From: Octopus bimaculoides
Lineage: Eukaryota
Reading direction: 5' to 3'
Length of the DNA stretch: 37,615 nt
Assembly: GCF_001194135.2 (NCBI RefSeq)
Contig: NC_068992.1
Coordinates: forward strand, 15,146,271-15,183,885
Shown here: positions 9,751 to 22,142 of the stretch, in pieces
How the letters are laid out: every line of letters begins with the position of its first letter
How positions within the stretch are numbered: position 1 is the first letter of the stretch
Made by a program: the position numbers and the translations under genes
The notes under the pieces: model-generated
What the model was told of the DNA's origin: nothing
The model's input: the letters and a program-made list of their open reading frames with translations, nothing else
Database searches by the model: none

Positions 9751-10623
9751 TAATCAACATTATTTCAACATCCGTCTTCTGTCGCTATATGTTGAGGACA
9801 ACCTAGCGATAGAAAAATAATACATGTTGTTTAACAAGCGCAACACAAAAGCTATCCAGTAGCCATGGATTTTCTCGATGTAGATTTCTTCTAATACGAT
9901 TATTACTTCTTTCACTGACACAATATCCCAAACTGGTGTGAAGTTATCCTATTCGAATGAATATACTGTGGTACATGAGACCAGCAGAATATAACTAAGG
10001 TGATGCGACCAAAAATAAGGAACGATAGAGAATAGCTTAACCGAGATCTTTATTATTGTTTCGTTTTTTTTTATCAGTATCGCTAGTTACAAGAATAATA
10101 CCTGACCATCTTTACCAAAGCAGGAATTTTAAGAGAGAAACTTCAATGCTGTTGTTTATAGTTTATCTGCAAAGCACACAGAACCAAAAATATCCATTAA
10201 TAGAATAGACACGAACGGAAAGAGGAAAACTTACAAATTCATACCAATTGTGGTTAAGAAGAGGAAAAATAAATTAATTACGCAAAATAAAAGTCTACAC
10301 CAAGAATGTTATATATCATGTCACGAGGAAGAAGCAAACCTTTCCAAAAATATTTGCCAAATTAAATCACCGAAATGTATTAAATTAGTTTATTATCGTG
10401 TGTCAAAATCTATAACTGTGACAGACAAATGTGTGTCGTTAAAGATATCCACATAAATGACAATTCTTAACCACGAAATGTTATTTCGTATTTTTCTGCA
10501 AATTAGACATGTATTTCAAATGTTAATGTAATTCCAATAGTTTGTCAAAGACAAAGTAATGGAGATAGACAAAATAGTAGCGCATTCGACTAAATGTTAG
10601 ATTATTTGGGAAAGATTAGGAGA

Positions 10624-10625
<2 letters not shown>

Positions 10626-10712
<87 letters not shown>
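10626..10712. repeat. (TA)n(TG)n microsatellite
   Basis: Direct reading. Confidence 0.97.
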
Positions 10713-10713
<1 letters not shown>

Positions 10714-10872
10714 TCAGCAGGATCAGCGCCAAGCAGTAAGTAGGCATAAGTTTAGTTAAACTACGTTTGTGACATATTTCAACTTCTGAAGGCTAATTCA
10801 TTGCAATTATCGAGGAGAATAAATTCTCTCTTATGATAAAAGATGTGACAACATTATATCTGACTAGTGTAG

Positions 10873-11008
10873 CCCCCTATCGGATTCCCAGACGCAGCAA
10901 TTTTTAGTTAAGGCCATGGCTTTAAATCTCTCCAGTCACCGCTCTTCCGTTTCTCATTGATGATGGCTAAAGAGCCAGAAACGCTGTGTTTGGGGATCCG
11001 ATAGGGGG
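10873..11008. mobile_element. Fold-back / MITE-like element with 26-bp inverted termini
   Basis: 10873-10898 pairs with 10983-11008 (23 Watson-Crick plus 3 G:T). TA lies near both ends (10870-10871, 11009-11010). Confidence 0.7.
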
Positions 11009-11849
11009 TAAGACTGGCAGATATGGTGGTTTTACACCTTTTATCATAAAGAATATTTTCTCCACGGTAACTGCAATGAGTTTGCCTAAGTTAAAATATA
11101 TCACAAACATATTTTAACTTACCTGAAGTTCGTTTATATGTATACAAATCAAATAGGACTCGATGTACTGCAAGACAGCAAAAGCTTACAACATATATTT
11201 TTCTAATTTTCTCATTTGAACACTACATTGCTAGTATTTGACTGCCAATCTTTAGATTCATAAGATCCCATTTTTTTTTTTTTTTTTTTTACTCGTTTTC
11301 GTACCAGTAGATAATATCAAAATATATCACTTTAGGTTTGCGAGTGAGAAACTCCTTATAGTAAACTATAATTTTGTAGCGCAATATCATTGATAATCAA
11401 ATCATAATATATTATTTATCTATTTAGTAAATAGAATGGAAAGACACAATATCATTCACCGTCTCAAATCTAGAGAAATGATAAAGTATATGAATTGAAG
11501 GAAGCTATAACAGTTAAAGCAACAACTGGAAGTAATCCGAAACTGAAGACATCTATAACATTTATGATACTTCCAATGCTTATAGCTTTTACCTTTTTGT
11601 CTTTAAAGTAAAAACAAACCATCAACCTAATAATATCAAATTCTGAAATACTATCCCAGAATTTATAGCGTGATCGTATTTTCCAACTCTTTAAAGACAT
11701 TATCATTAAAAATGGATAAATTTCAGAGGACAGATAGAAATTATAGCTTGCCATCTTAACTTTCATATACTGTTTCAATTTGTTTCTCTGTGTTATAAAT
11801 CTACATTCCACTACATATGTCTTTCTTTCAATGTTGCAAATTCACTAAA

Positions 11850-11990
11850 ACCATGATTCTTCCCATTGGCACAAAACCATAAAGTACTTGTCCGTTTGAG
11901 ACATTTCGGATCTGTTACTGGTACTTTATTTTACCGACCCCAAGGAAAAATGAAAATCAAAAGAAGACCCAAGTAGGATTTCAATTTTGA
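11850..11990 (-). mobile_element. SINE family B fragment
   Basis: TGGCACAAAACC...CTGGTACTTTATTTTACCGACCC...ATGAAAATCAAA aligns with 18960-19085. Confidence 0.6.
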
Positions 11991-12062
11991 AATACCACAC
12001 GCCAACATTCTACTGTTTTGCAGTACGCTACAACAACATCGATAAAGAAATATTTCTTTCTA

Positions 12063-12463
12063 CAGGTGCAGGAGTGGCTGTGCAGGAGTGGCTGTGCAGT
12101 AAGAAGCTTGCTTCCCAACCACATGGATCCGGGTTCGGTCCCACTGCGTGACACCTTGGGCATGTGTCTTCTACTATGGCCTCGGGCCGACGCAAAGCCT
12201 TGTCAGTGGATTTGGTAGACGGAAACTGAAAGAAGCCCGTCATATATATATATATATATATATATGTATTTGTGTGTGTCTGTGTCCCCCCCCCCATCGC
12301 TTGACAACCGATGTTGGGGAGTTTATGTCTCCGTAAATTAGCGGTTCGGCAAAAGAGGCCGATAGAATAAGTACTAGGCTTGCAAAGAATAAGTGCTGAG
12401 GTCGATTTGTTCGATTAAAGGTGGTGCTCCAGCATGGTCGCAGTTAAATGACTGAAACAAGTA
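12063..12463 (+). mobile_element. tRNA-type SINE family A, full length
   Basis: tRNA-like head with B-box-like GGTTCGGTCCC, internal (TA)n(TG)n, and tail ...CAGCATGGTCGCAGTTAAATGACTGAAACAAGTA. Contains a 14-bp head duplication GCAGGAGTGGCTGT at 12068-12081 and 12082-12095. Confidence 0.92.
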
Positions 12464-12476
12464 GAAAAATACAATC

Positions 12477-12628
12477 AAAAGGCCTGGGCAATTACATCGA
12501 CCTCTATGCTCAAATGATACTTATTTTATCGACCCTAAAATGAGGAAAAGCAAAGTCCAACGTTGGTGGACGAAATGCCGCTAAGCATTTCGTTCAGCGT
12601 GCAAACAATTCTATCTGCTCACTGCCTT
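12477..12628 (-). mobile_element. SINE family B with internal deletion
   Basis: TTACATCGACC...TTATTTTATCGACCC...GACGAAATGCCGCTAAGCATTTCG...GCCTT matches 18946-19162. Confidence 0.82.
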
Positions 12629-12633
12629 AGATA

Positions 12634-12850
12634 CTAACCCTTCGTGCACCGGCATGGTCGCTTAAGACCCCAGCAAATTTTAAAAGTTATTCAACTTTTA
12701 CAATTTTTAAATAAATGATTTTATGTCTCATGATTATTATTGTCAATAGTTTTTGTATGTATGTACATCTAAATTTTAAGTTAAAGTTTCGAGTCATATG
12801 GATGTTATAGCATAAAATATAGTCATTAGGGTCCGACTGGACCCCATTGG
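12634..12850 (+). mobile_element. piggyBac-like non-autonomous element end (tentative)
   Basis: CTAA-CCCTT start resembles TTAA-CCC. Subterminal GACCCCA and GGGTCCGACTGGACCCCA motifs are present. No matching right end was found. Confidence 0.35.
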
Positions 12851-13394
12851 CCTTCTGTGAAATTATTTTTGCTGTTCTTTATTCGGATATTCTGATGAAT
12901 TATAAGTCAATTTTTTTCGTATTTGTACTGGTATGAATCGATATACTTCTTTTTAAAATTCTTTTTGTATTATTTTATATTTAGTGCTATATGTATAGTT
13001 TATAAAGCTATATTTAAAAAAAGCGCTAAATTTCTTGTTCTGTATCATGCAGCAGTATTAATTGTTGCTCAGAAGTCTCTAGTTTAGAGCGACTATCAAT
13101 TATAGCAGTTTTCAAACAATACATATTTTTCCACGGTTGTTATTGGGGAGTCTACCACAAACAGATCTGAAGATGTGTCATTTGCTTTTACAACTTCAGC
13201 TTTTAATCTGTGGGGAATAATAATACCATGCCTTTTAAAGAGCCTCTGTATTTAATGGTAGAGAGAAACGGTCATACTGGTATAATTAATGCACTCTCAG
13301 TGGTACATTGCCAAAAATGTGCGATTTCCGAGTTACCATATCATCAAATTCCTACAACTGACATGATCCACAACCAGAAAGGAATATTTCATGA

Positions 13395-13398
<4 letters not shown>

Positions 13399-13441
<43 letters not shown>
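13399..13441. repeat. (CT)n microsatellite
   Basis: Direct reading. Confidence 0.97.
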
Positions 13442-13443
<2 letters not shown>

Positions 13444-15403
13444 ATCTTTCTCTCTCAATCTTTCTCCCTCGCCTCTCTCTCACCCCCTCTTTCTCTTCTA
13501 TATCGTTACCTATTCAATACTAAATTTTATGAGGCAACAAAGTCGTCGAAATTAAAACAACAGGACTGCTTAACACAGATGCGCTCAAACTATATGACAG
13601 CTCAGATAGATACTCGTGTATTTATTTACAAACCCTAAAGTTTTATAATTCTGTGACTGCTGAGGTAGAAATCTCATGCAACCGTAGTCGAACGGTTGAT
13701 GAAACTAAATTAGAAATATTCTAGCGCAATATGTATTTCTTTCACTAATATTAAGCATTACTGATCAAAGAGTTCATAAAAAGAATTTATTAATAAATGT
13801 ACTTCAATCAACTTGCAGGCAACCAGAATACAACAGGTCACACGTATTCACTGATCGTCAACCATTTTATTTCTTGGAAACACTGAGTGGAAAATTAATG
13901 AAGCTGAATCGGTATTTCTCGACGCTCGTAAATGTCGATGTAAGTGCATTTTTAATAACATTTTCTCATGAAAATTTTGGTTAGTAATTATTTATCATTG
14001 ATAGCAGAATAAATGTTTCCACTGTGTAATAATATATGATGCATGTTTGGAGTAGAGGACTTTCGTCGCATACAAGTAACCTTAACCCTCTGATGCTATC
14101 CCGGAGGAGTACTATTGATAAGAAGTGTGCTATAGTCGCAAGCTGACGAGATAAACAAACGGAATAAACAAGCAAGAACTGAATTAAGCTTCTAACATCT
14201 TAAATTTTAAGCGCAGACGAACGAGAGAGAAAGCTATCTGCCCTCCATTGAAAGCAGTCAGATTTATTTTTATGCCAAAATGAAAAGAGTTCGTCCGAAA
14301 GGATAACTGCTGACTTTCACTGACAAATCCCAAAGATCAAACATATTCAACAAAAACTGAGATGGATATAACAAACATGTTAGCAGTCCGGTTTTTTGAA
14401 ACGTATTGATTGAACGTAAATAGGTTCAAATATTTGTTGGGATTGACAGAATTGATAACGAACAAAAAGTGAAGAGAAAACAACTTTTGAAAAGTAGAAA
14501 ATATAGAGAAACAGATTAAGAGTGAGTTAAAAATGCAGTAGAGATGGAAAATATTCCTGTTCCTCTTAGAAAACGATATGTCAAAAGCAAGTAGCAATGT
14601 TTTCATTGATATATTAATGAAAGGAAACAGGAAACGCTGAGTAGGACCAGGCGAGTTTTCAGCTCTGAATAAATCTTATCCGGCTTAATATTTTATCATA
14701 TTGGGTCCTTTTATTGCATCTTTACAGAATTGTATAGCTATTTAGTCATTATAAACACGCATGCACACGCACGTACACACACACACACACACACAAACAG
14801 ACAAATACACACACATTTACTTATATATCTATATATCAGTATAGCTATACATCTGTATGTCTATATGTATATCTAAATATATGGCTACATATATTCGTAC
14901 ACATCCATATACACACACATATTACACACACATATACTTAAATATATATGAAACGTCAGCATTTGCTTTATCAATCACCAACGAACATCAGTGTCCAAAA
15001 CCGAGATCACTATTTCCGACATTCATTCATAATACAAACCAGTTAACGGCAACATCACCCGTCGTTGTCGGTGTTTTCATCATCATCATCATCATCATTA
15101 GAACCGTCATACCTGAATCATCACCCCCATTATAACATGCTCACTGACACAAATGTCATCCTGTAACTGCGGCAGTACTGTTTTTGTTGTTGTTGACAGT
15201 AGTAGTAGTGGTAGTTGTAGTAGCAGTAGTGGTAGTAGGAACAACAACAATAACAGATGTAGAAGGGAAAATACATTTTAAACATTGCAAAGACGAATGG
15301 TTGTTTGTTTCAAGTGACAATGTATTTGAAATATCTCTGTTGGTGTCGAAGTATACGTAGAGTGTGAAAATAAGTTATATATCAGAGGTGTTGTAGAATA
15401 AAG

Positions 15404-15503
15404 NNNNNNNNNNNNNNNNNNNNNNNNNNNNNNNNNNNNNNNNNNNNNNNNNNNNNNNNNNNNNNNNNNNNNNNNNNNNNNNNNNNNNNNNNNNNNNNNN
15501 NNN
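15404..15503. other. 100-N placeholder gap flanked by an exact 49-bp duplication
   Basis: 15355-15403 is identical to 15504-15552, typical of overlapping contig ends. Confidence 0.92.
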
Positions 15504-16025
15504 ACGTAGAGTGTGAAAATAAGTTATATATCAGAGGTGTTGTAGAATAAAGAAGCTGTTCAAACTACAAGATATACCAGCGGTCTTGTAGCATACGTAG
15601 ATTGGTAACAAATCTACAAGATACAGCGGTTGGTGGCGTTGGTTTCGTTGCATGTAGGGTGTCAAAGTGCAATTTGGAAATTCTATTTGTTTTTCACGCG
15701 CAGAAATGTGAAAGCAAAGAAAGAAAACCTAAGTGCATCAGTTCTTACATCTTAGAACACTGCTTCCAGATATACGCCAAAACTATTCCTGACATAACTA
15801 TAAACAATTTCTTCTTTATGGTTCTTTTTCTGTTCAATTTTGTCTTAAATATTTTGTCTTAAATATTTCTTTATTTGACTTGCGAATTCTTTCTGTTACC
15901 TCTTTACACTTTTCCGACGAGTTGTACTGCAGCTGAGCACTATATACGAAAAGCTTGCTAACACCACAGTACTGCTGCAGTATATGCTGGGTGTCAAACT
16001 ATATATTGTCAATGTTGCTGTAATA

Positions 16026-16840
16026 CAGGGTGTTTATAAAGTCTCTCTACAATTTCAAAAATTTATTATAAAAGTAAATGAATAGATAAATCCGAGGAAA
16101 TGATTGCAAAATGCGGAGCAGACGTTGAAGTGTTTTTGCCTCATTTAATATATCTTTATACGGGGATCATTAGTTTGTTTCTTGCCATGTTCATTGTAGC
16201 ATAGGTTTATCAATGGTCGAATTAGCATCAGTGATCCTTTGCTTCAGGTTGTTCATGTCCCGTATCTTTGTTCGATACATGACGTCTTTAACATAATCAC
16301 ATAGAAAAATGTCCAGGCGAGTGATATCCGGAGAACGAGGTGGCCAGGGAATTGGGCCAGTCCTTCCAATCCACCGGTATGGAAATGCTTGATTTAGAAA
16401 CCCACCAACATGCAGTAATCAGTGTGGTGGTGCACCATCCTGCTGGAAAATGTTGGTTGGTTGAAGGTCATCCAGTTGTGGTGCCACATATTCAGTCAAA
16501 AGATCAAGGTAAACATTTGCAGAAATTGATTTCTGTGTGAAGAAAACATGAACCAATGATTCGATTGCACATCATCCCACCCCAGACATTCACCTTTGTA
16601 CTATATCATTGAAGTTCCCTAGTCACATGGGGGTGTTCTGATCCCCAGATCCTCACATTATGTGTGTTTAGTTTCTTTGAAACATGACTGCTTCCCTCAT
16701 CACAAAAACAAACTCGGGTGAGGAACGCTGCATTCCCAGAATTTCGTTCCAGCCTGTTAACTACAACTCTTTTCGTCTTGGTTTATCATTTAGTTCAAGT
16801 GGTTGCAAGAGTTGCACTTTGGAAGCGTACAATCGCAAGA
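16026..16840 (-). mobile_element. DD41D (rosa/Visitor) Tc1-mariner transposon, 5'-truncated pseudogene
   Basis: Minus strand reads LRLYASKVQLLQ...RVCFCDEGSSHVSKKLNTHNVRIWGSEHPH...KVNVWGG...FQQDGAPPH*LLHVGGFLNQAFPYRWIGRTGPIPWPPRSPDITRLDIFLCDYVK. There are 41 residues between the second and third catalytic Asp. TIR CAGGGTG with TA at 16024-16025. Confidence 0.92.
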
Positions 16841-17460
16841 TTACGGCTATGAGGCAATGGGTTGTACGCAATGTTCCGTGTGACTCGGGCGCTTCAAAAT
16901 CGGAAGAACGTTCCTTGAAGACAATGAGCGATCTTGAAGACCAGTCACGTGCGTCATCTCCGGAAATGTGGCGAAAATTTCTCAGCTTGTGCAGGAAGCT
17001 CATCGGAGGACACTCAATAACGTTTTGACGCGTTTGAGGGAGGACATTTGGCGAAAGTGACTGGATCTGTGGAACGCGAAGAATTGGATTTTTCTCGATG
17101 ACAATGCACCCCGTCATCACACTCTCCTTATTCGCAAGTTTCTCGCCAAATCAACATAGTATCACTTTGCACTTGCCCTATTCGCCAGATTTAGCACCTG
17201 CGGACTTCCATCTCTTCCGCAAGATGAAAATGCAGCTCAATGGTCGCCGTTTTAACACCATTGTCGAGATCAAGAGCGAGTGGCAGAAGGTCCTCTACTC
17301 GCTTAGGGAAAAGGACTTCCAGGCCGGATTCCAAAAGTGGCTGGAACGCTGGGAGCGGTGTATTACTGCACAAGGTGACTATTTCGAAGGAGATGGTATT
17401 AAAACTTAAGTAAATCATTTTTTATTAAACATAACTAATCCGGGAACCTTTTGATACAAG
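16841..17460 (+). mobile_element. DD34D mariner, 5'-truncated and internally deleted
   Basis: YGYEAMGCTQCSV*LGRFKIGRTFLEDNERS*RP...HRRTL joined in frame to NNVLTRLREDIWRK...FLDDNAPRH; after a frameshift PYSPDLAPADFHLFRKMK...GDYFEGDGIKT* (stop 17407-17409). TIR-like TCCGGGAACCTTTTGAT follows. Confidence 0.93.
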
Positions 17461-18945
17461 CTTTTGAATGCCCTGCTACAACGCTCCCTAAATATGACAT
17501 TTGAAGACAAGTGTTTTACTCTTTTATCATATTCAAATGTTTGGTTTTTAGACAATATTCTTTAACACAAAATTTTAATGTGATTTTTTCTTTATTCTCG
17601 ACTTTTGTATATTATCATTTTCCCCTCCTGATTATTGTTTCCCAATATCTCCTTAGCTTCTTCCGTACAAATGCCTGGCAATAGCTTCGTTGCCTAATCT
17701 ATTAAGGGGAGCCAAATTAGACATTATCTCTTAGTTACGCATTTATACGGCACATCCATGTGTAGACACAGTTCCTGATGGTCGCTTAATACTAATTCTG
17801 TTCTTAATTTCAAAGTATCTCTAAGACTGGAAGACTTTACAGTTAACACTATCTCATTTGAACATTTGTACATTACTTCATTTATAGAAGACGATTAGTG
17901 TTCCGAGAGCTTTCAGGCTGTCGCAGATTGATGATATAAATGAGATTAGGAGTTAGTTTAAAGCTCCTGGAAGTTGATGAATGGAAGGATAATATGGTCA
18001 AAAATGAAGTTTCAAAAAGATTGTAATATTTGGATAAAGAATTAGAATTCCATTAAATAACTTCAAACTTTTCCCAACCATGGAGTTTTGCTGCCAGTTG
18101 TATCGTAAACTGTTGAGTTCATGCGTTCAAATCTAGTTTTAATTAGAACTAACTTATGTTGCAGTTGTTTAGTCCCATGTCTGCTCTGATCGAGATTACT
18201 CATAACCATTTATGCATTCAGGCATAATGCATTTAGGAATACAGTATCCAGAATGTCCACTTCGTTTTTAGGATTTTATATTTTTGGATGAAGAAGATTT
18301 GTGCATTGTTTCTAGAAGATTTGTGCACTTTTTCAAGAGGGATCACATGGAGGTACCATCATTCGCTTTTAGGTGAGATGTACCGTGGCTGGGTGTAGAT
18401 GAGAATCACACCGTAGGGATGACGACAACCGGGTGAGGAAACATGACGACAACTTATTTAACTGAGGAGGTTCACATTTTTAAGGCCTCTACACAAATAA
18501 CAACCTGGCATTGAATTTTGCAGAAAATTCTGAGAAGTAAGCGTAGTATGGCTGATATTCTTAATGTTCATCACTAAATAATACTTTCGCGTCTTAAGAG
18601 AAATACTTCAAGATTTTTTTTCTTTTTAAAATATTTCTTTTTGTTTATTGTTTATTTAACGAATCGATGTGTCTCAGACAGTTACTTGTTGACAGCCATC
18701 TGACTGCAATGTATATACAACAGTAAACATTGAAGCTATTCATCATTTTTAATATGGTGCTCTTGAAATAACAGATTTGAAGACGAAGTATATTTATGGT
18801 TGCGTTTGCAATATTATTGGTTTATGAAAATGAATAGCTAAATATTTTTGCAACAAGTTGTTTCACGTGAATTATCAATGCACTGCAAACACATTAAATA
18901 CGGAATAACCCAAAAGACAAGCTACCACCTAAAATATACATATAT

Positions 18946-19162
18946 ATTGGTTTCGAATTTTGTCACAAGGCCAGCAAGTTCGAGGAAATGTGTTAGTCAA
19001 TTTCATCGGCACCAGTGCTCAACTGGTACTTATTTTATCGACCCCAAAAGGATGAAAGGCAAAGTCGACCTCGGTGGAATTTGAACGCAGAACGTAACGA
19101 CAGACGAAATGCCACTAAGCATTTTGCCCGGCGTGCAAACGATTCTGCCACCCCGCCGCCTT
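18946..19162 (-). mobile_element. tRNA-type SINE family B, full length
   Basis: Minus-strand head AAGGCGGCGGGGTGGCAGAATCG...GCGTTCAAATTCCACCGAGG with A/B-box-like motifs; multiple homologous copies in the window. Confidence 0.92.
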
Positions 19163-20071
19163 AAATATATATTAAACGCTCGCCTATACATATATATTAA
19201 ATGTTGGCAGGCGATTGGGGCCACTCTGTGCCTCTAATATAACCGAGATGAGGTTTTGTTAATAAGATTTGAAGTCCCTGAACTGTTAATCCCATTTTTA
19301 GATATAACAGATTTTCCAATATTTATATCTACCTTATGATTCAATCGTCAATTATCATCGGGTGTTTATTCTTTGAAGTCTGCATCAGCACCAAAATTAG
19401 GAACTATCAAAACTATAGTTAATATAGTTTGTATCCTCTTGGTCATTGACACATCTACAACTGCTGTTATAAATTTATCATTCTCTAACGGCAGCCGTAT
19501 TGAGCTGCTGTCAGTGTTAGGTATAAGGATTATTATATCTGTACTACTTTATTTTTCTAAGATTCCGTTATAGTTCACAACCGATTATAAGATTTTAATC
19601 TCCTAGCGGAATATGACTTCATTTCTCGTGCGTTATACGTTCCTTACTTATATGTTTTCACTTTTAAGGCTTCTCAATTACCTGTATTCTGCCTGACATT
19701 TAGAATCCCCAGAGTGTCTCATTTCTGAGACAGCATAATATTTAATCACTACTTAGAACTCCATATATATTCAGATTTTCAATGAAGAACTTATTATATT
19801 TTGTCCTTTGAATTTCGTTTGGTATTAACTACGATATTACATCGTTCTTCAGAATTTACATGCAGTTCTCATTTCACTCTAGTTACCAACCGAGGTTGTT
19901 AATCATCTATGGATTAAATTACAATTTTCTTCTGAAGAACTGGCATCCTAACGTAATTATGCAATCATCTAATGTAACGAACACCTGTAAAGATTATATA
20001 AATTATAACAAAAGTTTAACTGAATCTCCTGTTTTATTTTGCTCTCGGTTATGTATGTATATACATTCAAA

Positions 20072-20103
20072 TATATATATATATATATATATACATATAT
20101 ATA

Positions 20104-20189
<86 letters not shown>
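20072..20189. repeat. Long (TA)n microsatellite
   Basis: Direct reading; source of the IYIYIY ORFs. Confidence 0.97.
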
Positions 20190-20191
<2 letters not shown>

Positions 20192-21068
20192 GCATATATG
20201 TATATATATATATATACATTCAGATATATATATATGTACAAACTTACATACCTACTTACATACATGTATGCATGCATACACACATACATATATATATACA
20301 CACATACATACATACACACACACATACATACTTATAAAAACATCATGTACGAAGAACTTAAATGGGAATATCCAAGTTTAAAACTATTTTTTAAATCAAT
20401 TTTATCTCTGATTTCGTTTCTTTTTTTAACTTAATGGATTTTATTTTGTTATTCTTTGATTTTCAAGTTTGTTCCAGCATTTTTTTTTTGTTTCTTTGTT
20501 AGTTCAACAAATTTTAAACTTTTTACACTCTGCAATCATTGTTAGTTTCCATTTATCTATTTGTGCTTTTTTTTTCTTCGTAACAGAAACTGCACATTAT
20601 GATTTTGAAATTTTCCTACCTACACACCAGACACCGAATTTTCCCTGTATTCAATAACAACAACAACATCAATCATTGCAGTGCAAACTAATCTTTCCGT
20701 TCACTCTAAGTGTATCTGCATAGTTCTATGTTCTCTCCACAGACCTCAGAGTAGCAGTATCGTTTTTTGACTTCAATATCTAATGCTGATTAATTTTTTT
20801 CCCCATACGGGGTTAAAGTGAAAAATGTGCTTTATATATTTTGTTATCAGTTTCTAAGTTTAGTTTTAAAAAAATACTTGAAAACCTCAAATAACGTAGA
20901 AAAACTTCGATGAATAAAGCAGTTTATTTCAATCATTTCTGTTTTTATTCGTTTCACTTATTGGGGTGTTGAGATTTTGCCGTAATAAGGTATGACCTGG
21001 AGGGTTTACTCGATCAAAGCAACTCCAGTTATTTTAAATCTGGTTCTTATAATATCTTATAATAACAG

Positions 21069-21830
21069 GTGACTGAAGACATGTAGTGGTGGTCTCACTA
21101 CCACAAAAATGTAATCTGGTGGATTGTAACAACTGGCGTGGCATTTACACTACGTGACATTATCCGTGCCCGGCAAAGTTCTTTGCATTGTCTTACGGAG
21201 TAGATTAAAGGAGATTGATACTGTGTTGAGAGAAGAGCAGGCAGATTTTTCGAGTAGTAGATCAAGTGTGGAACAGATCTTTGTATTGCGGAAGAAAATC
21301 GAGCAAAACAGAGAATGTAGAGGGCAGCTGCTTGTTAATTTCATCGACTTTAATAAAGCATTTAACTGTGTTCATTGAGATACAATATGGAATATCTTGA
21401 GCATCTCTGTAAGTTCCAATACAGAGATATAAAGATGTTAATATATCTTCTCGGGACTACAGTGATGCGTGAGGATGACCAGAAATTGATAGCAGAGTGA
21501 AACAGGGTCACATCTTGTCACGGATTCTGTTCCTGATGGTGATCGGCTTCATGTAGAAAGCAATGGATAGCACCAGTTTTGGAATAAAGTTTGGAAGGCA
21601 CAGGCTGACGGATTTTGATTTTGAAGTCCATTTGGCGTTCCTAAACTCCGATAGAGATACACTGCAGTTCATGACAGACAACCTTTTCAGTTTGGGTGCA
21701 AAAGCAAGTCTGCAGATCAGAGCTGGAAAGACAAAAAATCATGTCACTTGGCGGTGCCCAAGCACGACTTGTCAATCTCGCACACTTGCCCAAGTTGCCG
21801 TAGAGTGGGACTGGACTCATTCTATCAGTC
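21069..21830 (+). mobile_element. RTE-clade LINE reverse-transcriptase remnant
   Basis: PQKCNLVDCNNWRGI; LSVPGKVLCIVLRSRL...EEQADFSSSRSSVEQIFVLR; FIDFNKAFNCVH; VKQGHILSRILF; DFDFEVHLAFL (decayed DLDFADDIALL); AGKTK; and a C-terminal TCPSCRR at 21784-21804. Stops, frameshifts and deletions throughout. Confidence 0.9.
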
Positions 21831-21899
21831 TCTTTTGCAAAACAGCTAAGTTACGCCTTATGTCTGTCTCATATATATCTATGTATTCTTTTATTGTTT

Positions 21900-22101
21900 T
21901 ACTTGTTTCAATCATTTGACTGCGGCCATGCTGGAGCACCGCCTTTAGTCGAAAAAATCGACCCCAGAACTTATTCTTTGTAAGCATAATACTTATTTTA
22001 TCGGTCTCTTTTGCCGAACCACTAAGGTTACGGCGACGTAGACACACCAACATCGGTTGTCAAGCGATGATGGGGGGGCAAACACAGACACACAAATACA
22101 T

Positions 22102-22142
<41 letters not shown>
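21900..22142 (-). mobile_element. SINE family A, 3' half (head in gap)
   Basis: Reverse complement of 12250-12463. Confidence 0.9.

Noticed and set aside
13288-13325. VVHCQKC resembling the AVFxCxKC modules
   Set aside because: Only about 16 bp of similarity and no flanking alignment; likely chance.
15355-15552. Exact 49-bp direct repeat (possible TSD or tandem repeat)
   Set aside because: It flanks a 100-N placeholder exactly, so it is most likely overlapping contig ends rather than biology.
18946-19162. tRNA-like heads as tRNA genes (also 8135, 12063, 28958)
   Set aside because: No complete cloverleaf; they are heads of multi-copy SINEs.
19230-19575. Semi-open frames on both strands
   Set aside because: Several stops, no recognisable motif or splice signals.
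19860-20434. 173-aa and 131-aa IY-repeat ORFs
   Set aside because: Translation of (TA)n and (CATA)n microsatellites.
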